Below, piece after piece: positions 1 through 6,711 of a stretch of DNA of 20,795 nucleotides. The position numbers were made by a program, and so were the translations under genes. Below the pieces are notes generated by a model. That model searched no databases. It saw only the letters and a list, made by a program, of their open reading frames with translations, and was not told the DNA's origin. The stretch lies in NCBI GenBank assembly GCA_033764315.1, contig JANRJA010000240.1, forward strand, positions 1 to 20,795, read 5' to 3'. Each line of letters starts with the position of its first letter. The stretch's first letter is position 1. The stretch comes from Oculatellaceae cyanobacterium bins.114. Lineage in GTDB: Bacteria; Cyanobacteriota; Cyanobacteriia; Elainellales; Elainellaceae.

Positions 1-24
1 CTGCCGGAAACCCAGGATTTGCTG

Positions 25-108
25 AATCGGCGCAGGTCGGTTTTGTTCCTGTATTTAACTTGGCGAATGAATTCGCGGCTATCAGGGCGGAGTCTGCTGT
101 CGCGGATT
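25..108. repeat. REP-like inverted doublet downstream of tnpA (partial unit 25-53, full unit 61-108)
   Basis: Reverse complement of 61-108 (AATCCGCGACAGCAGACTCCGCCCTGATAGCCGCGAATTCATTCGCCA) aligns with unit 545-592; 25-53 (AATCGGCGCAGGTCGGTTTTGTTCCTGTA) is a degenerate copy in the opposite orientation. Confidence 0.7.
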
Positions 109-121
109 AGGAAAATTGAGG

Positions 122-529
122 TTAAGGAAGTTCCCACGATAAAACGTGCGTTTGTTTGTGGTGATGGTCTGCCTGATTTTGAATGTAAGTGGCAACAGAG
201 TTCAAATCTTGTGAATTAACCGTAAACGCTGCGTAACTGCCCTGCCACTTGAAAAAACTATCTGGCTTGCTCTGATGTTCAACGGAGTGGGAGGAACTGC
301 CTTTGATTTGTTTGACGAGAGAGGCGATCGCTACAGTTGCAGGAAATCTGACTAGCAAATGTACATGATCTTCAATGCCACCGATCGCAATCACATGGCA
401 TCCCATTTGCTGACATTCATAAATCATTACGTTGTAGAGCGGCTCTCGAATATCTGGAGTAATCAGCGGCAACCGATCCCACGTTGCCCAAACGAGATGC
501 ACATACAACTGCGTAAAATTTTGCCTCAT
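122..529 (-). CDS. tnpA: IS200/IS605-family HUH (Y1) transposase, probably REP-associated (RAYT-like)
   Basis: 135 aa; LYVHLVWATWDRLPLI N-terminus, HUH motif EDHVHLL, KQIKGSSS, FKWQGSY and catalytic-Tyr helix YIQNQ, all typical of Y1_Tnp. Confidence 0.93.
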   Translation of the reverse strand: MRQNFTQLYVHLVWATWDRLPLITPDIREPLYNVMIYECQQMGCHVIAIGGIEDHVHLLVRFPATVAIASLVKQIKGSSSHSVEHQSKPDSFFKWQGSYAAFTVNSQDLNSVATYIQNQADHHHKQTHVLSWELP

Positions 530-544
530 GCCTCTATTCTTCCC

Positions 545-670
545 AGTCCGCGACGGCGGACTTCGTTCATGTAGCCGCGAATTTATTCGCCAGGTAATAG
601 TAATAGAAACAATTTGTTTGGCAGGCGATTGAAACCGCGCCTATAGAGGCAAAGTCCGCCTACGCGGACT
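545..670. repeat. REP/REPIN-like inverted doublet upstream of tnpA (units 545-593 and 622-670)
   Basis: Hairpins AGTCCGC-GACG-GCGGACT (545-562) and AGTCCGC-CTAC-GCGGACT (653-670); second hairpin GCGAAT-TT-ATTCGC (577-590); the two ~49-bp units are inverted copies separated by an AT-rich spacer. Confidence 0.85.
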
Positions 671-762
671 ACAAACCCTCTGTCTTAATTTGTCGCATCA
701 ACGTCTCACACTCCGCCTTGAGGGGAATGCCCAACTCCGTTGTCAACACTAACGCCTACTGA
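669..762 (-). pseudogene. Relic duplicate of the 3' end of the TIR-STAND-TPR gene
   Basis: Minus strand reads (Q*)ALVLTTELGIPLKAECETLMRQIKTEGL*, versus QQALAVATELGIPLKADCEKLLEELEQEEG* at the end of 1579..4644; 706-762 matches 1616-1672 at 47/57 nt with a 20-bp identical core TTGAGGGGAATGCCCAACTC. Confidence 0.85.
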
Positions 763-983
763 GCAGAACTTAACTGTCCCAGTTCGACGCTAACGGCATC
801 AAAACGATTATCACCTGGGTGGTATGAGAGAATCTCTACACCAATTGGCTCCCCAGTCGTCGAGTCTTTAATCAGAATGACTCCATCTCCAAGCTCCGTG
901 CTAATTTGCTCTTTGCGGGGAGATTGCCAGAATACGGTCAGCAATTCCGTCTCTGGTTCATAGAAAACTTTTACCTGCGCCAT
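756..983 (-). CDS. DUF2283-family small protein (putative antitoxin)
   Basis: 75 aa; VKVFYEPETELLTVFW...ELGDGVILIKD..TGEPIGVEIL fits the DUF2283 pattern (Y-D/E-x3-D/E-x-L ... G-x-x-x-G-x-E-I-L). Confidence 0.75.
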   Translation of the reverse strand: MAQVKVFYEPETELLTVFWQSPRKEQISTELGDGVILIKDSTTGEPIGVEILSYHPGDNRFDAVSVELGQLSSAQ

Positions 984-991
984 AAAGCGGG

Positions 992-1069
992 TTAGACCTT
1001 CAATAACTCAACGTGTAAATTTTCCGCATTGATAGGGGTGTAGTTCAGTCGTTCAAAACCAATGACTTT
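992..1069 (-). pseudogene. 5'-truncated remnant of a further DUF2283 gene
   Basis: Minus strand reads KVIGFERLNYTPINAENLHVELLKV*; VIGFExLN resembles the DUF2283 C-terminal motif; in-frame stop at 1073-1075 upstream and no start codon; ends 8 nt before the next DUF2283 ATG. Confidence 0.6.
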
Positions 1070-1085
1070 AAATTACTTTCTTCAA

Positions 1086-1286
1086 CTATGTTGCGATCGT
1101 TAGATTGAGATTTTGAGGATTCACTAGCTGACGTTTAGAAGCGTTGAGAAATTCAATGCTGACAGGTTCATCGGCTTCATCATAGCTGATAATCACTCCT
1201 CCAGGCTCAGAAATCGCATTTACTGGAAACGTATTGCGGAAGATAAAGATAAGAATGTCTGCTTCTGCATCGTATTTAACGTTCAT
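1086..1286 (-). CDS. DUF2283-family protein (putative antitoxin)
   Basis: 66 aa; MNVKYDAEADILIF...EPGGVIISYDEADEPVSIEFLNASK, canonical DUF2283; overlaps the upstream DUF4258-like gene by 11 nt. Confidence 0.88.
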   Translation of the reverse strand: MNVKYDAEADILIFIFRNTFPVNAISEPGGVIISYDEADEPVSIEFLNASKRQLVNPQNLNLTIAT

Positions 1287-1542
1287 CCGATTCCTCCTGC
1301 CAATATCGTTTGACTTGATTTGTCCAGTACAAAGTCAAAATTCGCTTCGTGTTGCTAATTTCAACAAACACAACTCTTAACAGCCCATTGCCGCGCCGGG
1401 AATGAGCAACTATGACATCATTCTCGACCACAATTTGCTGAGGATTCATCAAAACGGTTTCTACTTCTTCCCTTGTGATGTCTAACCGTTGCTGCCATTG
1501 TTGCTGTCGCTCCTCGGCGTGTTTTGTCCAAACAATGTTCAC
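1276..1542 (-). CDS. DUF4258-family protein (putative RelE/BrnT-like RNase toxin)
   Basis: 88 aa, GTG start; IVWTKHAEER...ITREEVETVLMNP...LLRVVF...RILTLYWT; coupled to DUF2283 as in known toxin-first pairs. Confidence 0.8.
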   Translation of the reverse strand: MNIVWTKHAEERQQQWQQRLDITREEVETVLMNPQQIVVENDVIVAHSRRGNGLLRVVFVEISNTKRILTLYWTNQVKRYWQEESDER

Positions 1543-1578
1543 TCACCGCTTTCCTGACCTATGAAGTAGATGGCTCAA

Positions 1579-4500
1579 TTATCCTTCTTCTTGTTCTAAC
1601 TCCTCTAGAAGCTTTTCACAATCTGCTTTGAGGGGAATGCCCAACTCTGTCGCCACCGCCAACGCCTGCTGACAATACTCTCGCGGCACCTTGATCTCAC
1701 CCAACGCTTGATGGACTTCTGCCAAATTTTTGAGAGCTTCAGCTTCGTTAGCTCGATCGCCGATCTCCCGAAAGATTTTTAATGCTGCTTGGTTATTCGC
1801 TAAGGATTCTGAATACTGCTCTAGTTTGAGTTGTGTTGCACCCATATTAACGAGAGCAATGCCTTCACCCTGGCGATCGCCAATTTCCCGCGCATTAGTC
1901 AGATGTTGTTGATAGAGGTCGATCGCCCGCTCATAGTTTCTCAGACTGTGGTACGCAAGCCCCAGATTGCCGAGGGCAGTGCCTTCACCCTGGCGATCGC
2001 CAATTTCCCGTGCAATGGTCAGATGTTGTTGATAGAGGTCGATCGTCCGCTCATAGTCTCCCAAACTGTAGTACGTATTCCCCAGATTGCCCAGGGCAGT
2101 GCCTTCACCTCGACGATCGCCCAGTTCCCGCGCAATGGTCAGGTGTTGCTGATGGAAGTCGGTCGCCCGCTCATAGTTTCCCAGACTGAAGTACGCAAGC
2201 CCCAGATTGCCCAGGGCTCGTCCTTCACCCTGGCGATCGCCAATTTCCCGCGCAATGGTGAGGGATTGCTGATGGTAATCAATCGCCTGCTCATAGTTTC
2301 CCAGACTGTAGTATGCAAGCCCCAAATTGCCCAAGGTCATGCCTTTACCCTGGCGATCGCCAATCTCACGAGCAATGGTCAGGTCTTGCTGATGGAAGTC
2401 GATCGCCCGCTCATAGTTTCCCAGGCTGTTGTAGGCAAGCCCCAGATTGCCTAGGGCATTGCCCTCACCCCGGCGATCGCCAATCTCCTGAGCTAAAGCA
2501 AGTGTTTCTTGAAGAAAACTAATTGCTTCAGTGTATTCTCCTAAAGATTGAAAGATGTTACCCAAATTATTGAGAGCTTTCCATTGCCCTTGCTTATCAC
2601 CGACTTCCTTTGCTAAATCTAGGCTTTGTTGATAGTGAAGTTTGGCTTGTGGGTAATTACTCAGAAAAAAGTAGGCATTGCCAAGACCTTTTTGGCAGGT
2701 TACCTCGTCTTGTGCTTGTAAATGACTGATTAAACGGCGATGGCAAATTAGCATTTCCTGGAACTTGCCCCAGGTTTGAAGCCGAAGTCCAATTTGCTGA
2801 TCCAGTAAGATTGTTTTTGCCGTATCCCAATCGTTCACTTCGCAGTAGTGGTCAAATGCCTCCAGGTAGCCGCGCACTGTTTCCACATTAGGGGCATCGG
2901 GAGCAGGAGTATAAGCCGTGAGCCAGAGGTGAGCCGCTTGGCGTTCCGCCGCTTTCCAGGTGGTGGTGTTGGGTTTGAGTTGGGCAAAAGCAATCTCACG
3001 AATCAGGTTGTGTTGTTGAATCCACAGTTCACCGTCGATCAGGTCAGTGTCTTCGACCAGATTGCACGATTTGAGCACCGTCAGGGCGGCGTTGCTCTCT
3101 GCATCAGGAATGTCAGGCAACAGGTTGGGATAAAAGCTTTCTGGCACGGCACGCCGAAACACCGCACCCCGTTGCAGCAGTTGGCGAGGCAGGTCGGGTA
3201 GTTGCTCCAGGGTTTGTCTGACCCACTGCCGCGCCCGCTCTTCCTGGCTTTGGTGCAATTTTAGATTGGTTTGGGTTTGGCGGTGTTGATAATAGTCGCG
3301 CCAATATTTGTCTACATTGCCGTTAAAAGGACGCTTTTGAATATCTCCAGCAATCATTTTGAGAATCAGGGGATGCCCATCAAAGTAGTCAGAAATGGCA
3401 CAGAGATGATCTCTATCAGCATCGGTTTGGGGGGTCACGCTATAGTGCCGAAACAGGTCGATGCGCTGCGATTTATCTAAACCGCGCAGAACGTATTCTT
3501 GCCAGAGGTTGTCGAGGCGAAAGGCGCGATCGCTCCAATCTGTCGGCACTGCTTGCGAGGTGAGGATGAGGCGAGATGCAGAGGTGCTGGTAAGAAATTG
3601 CTCCAGGAAGTCTAACCAGGCAGCATCCGCAAAATGAAACTCACCCTGGTCGTTTTGACACAGCAGATATTCCAATGAGTCGAGTTGCAGCCAGCAGGGT
3701 TGCTGTTCCAGGGTTTTGAGCAGGTGGGGCAAGAGTTGCTCGTCGGGCATTTGTTGGGCGGTGTCGTCTCCCAGTTTCGCCAAAATTGCCAGTGCGCCTC
3801 TGGTGAAGTCGTTGGAGGATACGCCGCGATCGAGAATCACCTGCCTGTAGCGGGTGGAGGGTTGGAGAAAATTAGCCGCTAACCGTTCGGCAAGGGCTGT
3901 TTTACCAATCCCGGTCATGCCGTGAATCAGCACCAGACGGCAACCGTTTTGCACAACCTGGGTGAGATGGGTGATTTCAGCGTCGCGTCCGGTAAAGGTG
4001 GTGGGGTTGTAGGTGGAAAAAATTGTATCCGTAGGGACGCGATTAATCAGATTGGCAGGGACGCGATTAATCGCGTCCGTACTTATGCCATGATGGATTG
4101 CATTTGTAGGGGCGATCGCATCTGCACTGGTCATAGATGGGGAAACGGTGGGTGAGTTAGGCGTTTCCCCCAGAGGCTTTTTTGCCTGGAGCGACTCCAC
4201 CGCACGACGAATCCCTTTGACGACATCCAGAAAGGCTTCGTCCTGGTCATCCCACTTTGTGACAGGTTTGGCATCTTTGGGCAACGCCTGGAGTTTGGTG
4301 AAAGGACTACCATCCCAGTCGCAGGGTTTTAGAATGATGGGAATCACCCGTGCGGTGCCTTCGTTGTGGCGTTGGACTGCCCGTTGCATTTCTTTGTCAT
4401 AGCAATAGTCGGAAGCTAGAAAACGGGGCGTAATCAACAGCAAAATGATGTCGGCATCTTCAAGGTTTTGTTTAATCTCGGCATCCCATTCGGAACCCGC

Positions 4501-4644
4501 CTCGATGTCACGGTCTTGCCATGCCCGAATTTTGCCCTGACGCTTCAGGTTTGCCAGATGCACAACAAGTTCATCTTTCAGATCTTCGTCTTTATGGGAA
4601 TAGGAGATAAAGACGCTGAGGGGTAGAGGGGATGGGGAGGACAT
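1579..4644 (-). CDS. TIR - STAND NTPase (NB-ARC-like) - TPR protein (NLR-like architecture)
   Basis: N-terminal TIR (VFISYSHKD...WQDRDIEAG...FLASDYCYDKEM...VIPIIL); Walker A GMTGIGKT, Walker B WLQLDSLE, RLILTSQ, GHPLILK, QHNLIRE; C-terminal 40-aa TPR repeats (AREIGDRQGEGxALGNLG). Confidence 0.92.
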   Translation of the reverse strand: MSSPSPLPLSVFISYSHKDEDLKDELVVHLANLKRQGKIRAWQDRDIEAGSEWDAEIKQNLEDADIILLLITPRFLASDYCYDKEMQRAVQRHNEGTARVIPIILKPCDWDGSPFTKLQALPKDAKPVTKWDDQDEAFLDVVKGIRRAVESLQAKKPLGETPNSPTVSPSMTSADAIAPTNAIHHGISTDAINRVPANLINRVPTDTIFSTYNPTTFTGRDAEITHLTQVVQNGCRLVLIHGMTGIGKTALAERLAANFLQPSTRYRQVILDRGVSSNDFTRGALAILAKLGDDTAQQMPDEQLLPHLLKTLEQQPCWLQLDSLEYLLCQNDQGEFHFADAAWLDFLEQFLTSTSASRLILTSQAVPTDWSDRAFRLDNLWQEYVLRGLDKSQRIDLFRHYSVTPQTDADRDHLCAISDYFDGHPLILKMIAGDIQKRPFNGNVDKYWRDYYQHRQTQTNLKLHQSQEERARQWVRQTLEQLPDLPRQLLQRGAVFRRAVPESFYPNLLPDIPDAESNAALTVLKSCNLVEDTDLIDGELWIQQHNLIREIAFAQLKPNTTTWKAAERQAAHLWLTAYTPAPDAPNVETVRGYLEAFDHYCEVNDWDTAKTILLDQQIGLRLQTWGKFQEMLICHRRLISHLQAQDEVTCQKGLGNAYFFLSNYPQAKLHYQQSLDLAKEVGDKQGQWKALNNLGNIFQSLGEYTEAISFLQETLALAQEIGDRRGEGNALGNLGLAYNSLGNYERAIDFHQQDLTIAREIGDRQGKGMTLGNLGLAYYSLGNYEQAIDYHQQSLTIAREIGDRQGEGRALGNLGLAYFSLGNYERATDFHQQHLTIARELGDRRGEGTALGNLGNTYYSLGDYERTIDLYQQHLTIAREIGDRQGEGTALGNLGLAYHSLRNYERAIDLYQQHLTNAREIGDRQGEGIALVNMGATQLKLEQYSESLANNQAALKIFREIGDRANEAEALKNLAEVHQALGEIKVPREYCQQALAVATELGIPLKADCEKLLEELEQEEG
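1861..2490 (-). repeat. Five-plus near-identical 120-bp tandem repeats encoding TPR units
   Basis: Units begin at 1861, 1981, 2101, 2221, 2341, 2461 (GCCTTCACCCTGGCGATCGCCAATTTCCCG...); five of these six contain an intact HIP1 octamer. Confidence 0.95.
4031..4127. repeat. GTAG-type REP palindromes inside the TIR-STAND linker
   Basis: Perfect 20-bp palindrome GGACGCGATTAATCGCGTCC (4059-4078), half copy GTAGGGACGCGATTAATC (4031-4048), degenerate GTAGGGGCGATCGCATCTGCAC (4106-4127). Confidence 0.85.
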
Positions 4645-4666
4645 GGAAGAGTGGAGGAGTGAAGAA

Positions 4667-4691
4667 GAGACGCGATTAATCGCGTCTGTAC
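4667..4691. repeat. REP palindrome just upstream of the TIR-STAND-TPR start codon
   Basis: Perfect palindrome AGACGCGATTAATCGCGTCT (4668-4687) followed by GTAC; same family as 4059-4082. Confidence 0.85.
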
Positions 4692-4774
4692 TAAATTAAT
4701 GAATCGCTCAGGAATTAATCGTTTTGGCAGGAATATATTCGCCAGTATAGTGGCTAATTTTGTGGAGAGGAATC

Positions 4775-4930
4775 TAGCTCCCCGGCTGCTTTTGGTTGAG
4801 TTTCAGATTCCTGGTGGCTGCAAACAAGCAGCCGGGGAGATGGCTGAGTCGGAGAGTTTAGCTTCCCATCTGCTTTTGGTTGAGTTTCAGATTCCTGGTG
4901 GTTGCGAACAAGCAGCCGGGGAGATGGCTG
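4775..4930. repeat. Two direct copies (72 bp, period 84) of a hairpin-forming intergenic element
   Basis: 4775-4846 and 4859-4930 nearly identical; copy 1 has a 14-bp inverted repeat CTCCCCGGCTGCTT (4778-4791) / AAGCAGCCGGGGAG (4826-4839). Confidence 0.9.
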
Positions 4931-4967
4931 GGGATCTATAGTTGAAGGGGATTAGGGAGAAGAAGAG

Positions 4968-5888
4968 ATGCGATCGCTTAAAACAATTCATTACTGCGCC
5001 TGGTTTTTGGGCTTTTGGTTGTTGACCTCTCCGGCAATGGCCCAAGCTCTCAACAGCCCTAATGCTGATCAGCCCACGATTGTTAGCCCAGCGCGATCGA
5101 CCCAGAATCAAGACCTGCAAGCGGTTCTAGACAACCTGGCTACAGCAACAGTAGTGTATTTGGGCGAAACCCACGACAGCGTGGCGGATCATGAGGCGCA
5201 ATTGCAGATCATTCAGGAATTACATCAGCGCAATCCCCGTTTAGCGATCGGCATGGAGATGTTTCAGCGTCCCTTTCAACCTGTAATCGATCGCTACTTG
5301 CGGGGTGAGATCAGCGAACTGGAACTGCGGCAACAGACTCAATACGATCGCCGTTGGGGTTTTCCCTGGAGGAATTATTCCCCTATCTTGCGCTATGCCA
5401 AAGCGCATCAAATCCCAGTGTTAGCCCTCAACACGCCTGCTGAGGTAAGCCGAAAAATTGCCCAAAAGGGGTTTGACGCCCTGAATGAAAGCGATCGCCA
5501 ATGGATTCCCCCAGAGTCTGAAATTCGCACTGATCACACGGCGATCAATGATGCCTATCGACAGTTTTTGCGTCCGCTCTACGACGACTTTCACCAGATG
5601 GAGGGGTCTAGCAACAGCTTTGAAGCCTTCTTTTTGGCACAAGTGTTATGGGATGAAACGATGGCAGAAGGAGTTGCCAATTTTGTTCGCGACCATCCAG
5701 AGCATCAAGTGATTGTGCTGGCAGGTCAGGGACATATCGTTTATGGCTATGGCATCCCCAGTCGAGTGGCGCGTCGGGTGCAGGGAATGCAAGGATTTGA
5801 GCAGCGATCGCTCTTGTTGAATCCCTCTGACGAGATGCAAACCGGAACAGGAGGGGCGATCGCAGACTACTTCTGGTTTAGTCCCTGA
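4968..5888 (+). CDS. ChaN-family (haem/iron-uptake, Tiki-like) exported protein
   Basis: Signal peptide ending AMA; VVYLGETHD, IGMEMF, WGFPW..Y.PI, AQVLWDETMA, VLAGQGHIVYGYGIP motifs. Confidence 0.88.
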   Translation: MRSLKTIHYCAWFLGFWLLTSPAMAQALNSPNADQPTIVSPARSTQNQDLQAVLDNLATATVVYLGETHDSVADHEAQLQIIQELHQRNPRLAIGMEMFQRPFQPVIDRYLRGEISELELRQQTQYDRRWGFPWRNYSPILRYAKAHQIPVLALNTPAEVSRKIAQKGFDALNESDRQWIPPESEIRTDHTAINDAYRQFLRPLYDDFHQMEGSSNSFEAFFLAQVLWDETMAEGVANFVRDHPEHQVIVLAGQGHIVYGYGIPSRVARRVQGMQGFEQRSLLLNPSDEMQTGTGGAIADYFWFSP

Positions 5889-5932
5889 CTCCAAGATCTG
5901 CGGCTGCTCAAAGCAGCTGGAGAGCAAATCGC

Positions 5933-6652
5933 TTAAATCGAGTCTTGATTGCCATTGTTGCTATCCTGAACAGATTGCTGACCCTGGCCTTGTTTTTCCT
6001 GCTGGTTCTGCGTCACGTAAGTTTCAACATCGTGTTGAATAATCTCTTCAATGTTTTCAGCGAATGTCCTAAACGCTTCGTTGTGATCGGTAAAGGTGCG
6101 ATAAGGTCCGCTCAGTTGAAAAAAGTGCCATCCCTGAGCCTTTAACGATTCGGCTGAGCGCCGATAGTTGTACCAGCGTTTACCATACTGAAAGAACTCC
6201 TCGATCGCTGCTGTGACCGCAACACCACCACTCAGGAGAATAGTGCCGTTCTTGATGTAACCTTGAATGCGATCGTTTCCTACGTTGAGTGTCACCAAAA
6301 TAGGAACGATAACCCCTCCAATAATCGTGGCAAGCCTCAACCGAAAGTGGCGATCGCGGCATTGTGATGATTTTGCCTCCATCCACAAAATTTGGTCGAG
6401 CCACCGAGATCGTAAAAAGGCAGCATTCACAGGCGACAACAGTTTCAACGACTCAAAAATAGCGTTGAAATCATCCTTTAGTTGGTCAGTGTAGTTTTTA
6501 GGTTTATTCGTTTTAATAGGGTTGAATGGAGTTGAGGAAGATGAATTGCCTGAAGCAGGCGAACTAGCCCCTGAAGACAGGGAAGCAGAATCAAGGGGTG
6601 CAGAACCGATAGAGGTTGAAATAGGGTTTTCAGTGCGATCGCCGTCTGACAT
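5933..6652 (-). CDS. DUF4231/SLATT-like two-TM membrane protein
   Basis: RWLDQILW, TM1 LATIIGGVIVPILVTL, TM2 ILLSGGVAVTAAI, then WYNYRRSAESLKAQGWHF; Ser-rich N-terminus, Gln-rich C-terminus. Confidence 0.85.
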   Translation of the reverse strand: MSDGDRTENPISTSIGSAPLDSASLSSGASSPASGNSSSSTPFNPIKTNKPKNYTDQLKDDFNAIFESLKLLSPVNAAFLRSRWLDQILWMEAKSSQCRDRHFRLRLATIIGGVIVPILVTLNVGNDRIQGYIKNGTILLSGGVAVTAAIEEFFQYGKRWYNYRRSAESLKAQGWHFFQLSGPYRTFTDHNEAFRTFAENIEEIIQHDVETYVTQNQQEKQGQGQQSVQDSNNGNQDSI

Positions 6653-6711
6653 AGTTCTCTTTTGGGGGCAAATACAGATGAAATATTGAATTGAGCGTTA
6701 CTCACCAAGCC

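Noticed and set aside
706..1672. Diversity-generating retroelement TR/VR pair
   Set aside because: Mismatches are not confined to adenines (e.g. GTG vs GCG, TAG vs CAG) and no reverse transcriptase is in the window.
1831..2454. 207-aa + strand repetitive ORF
   Set aside because: Antisense shadow of the TPR repeats.
4775..4930. CRISPR array
   Set aside because: Only two 72-bp units with a 12-bp gap; wrong geometry and no cas genes.
4699..4941. 80-aa ORF (and 4887..5120 on -)
   Set aside because: Translation merely reflects the duplicated hairpin element; no protein-like features.
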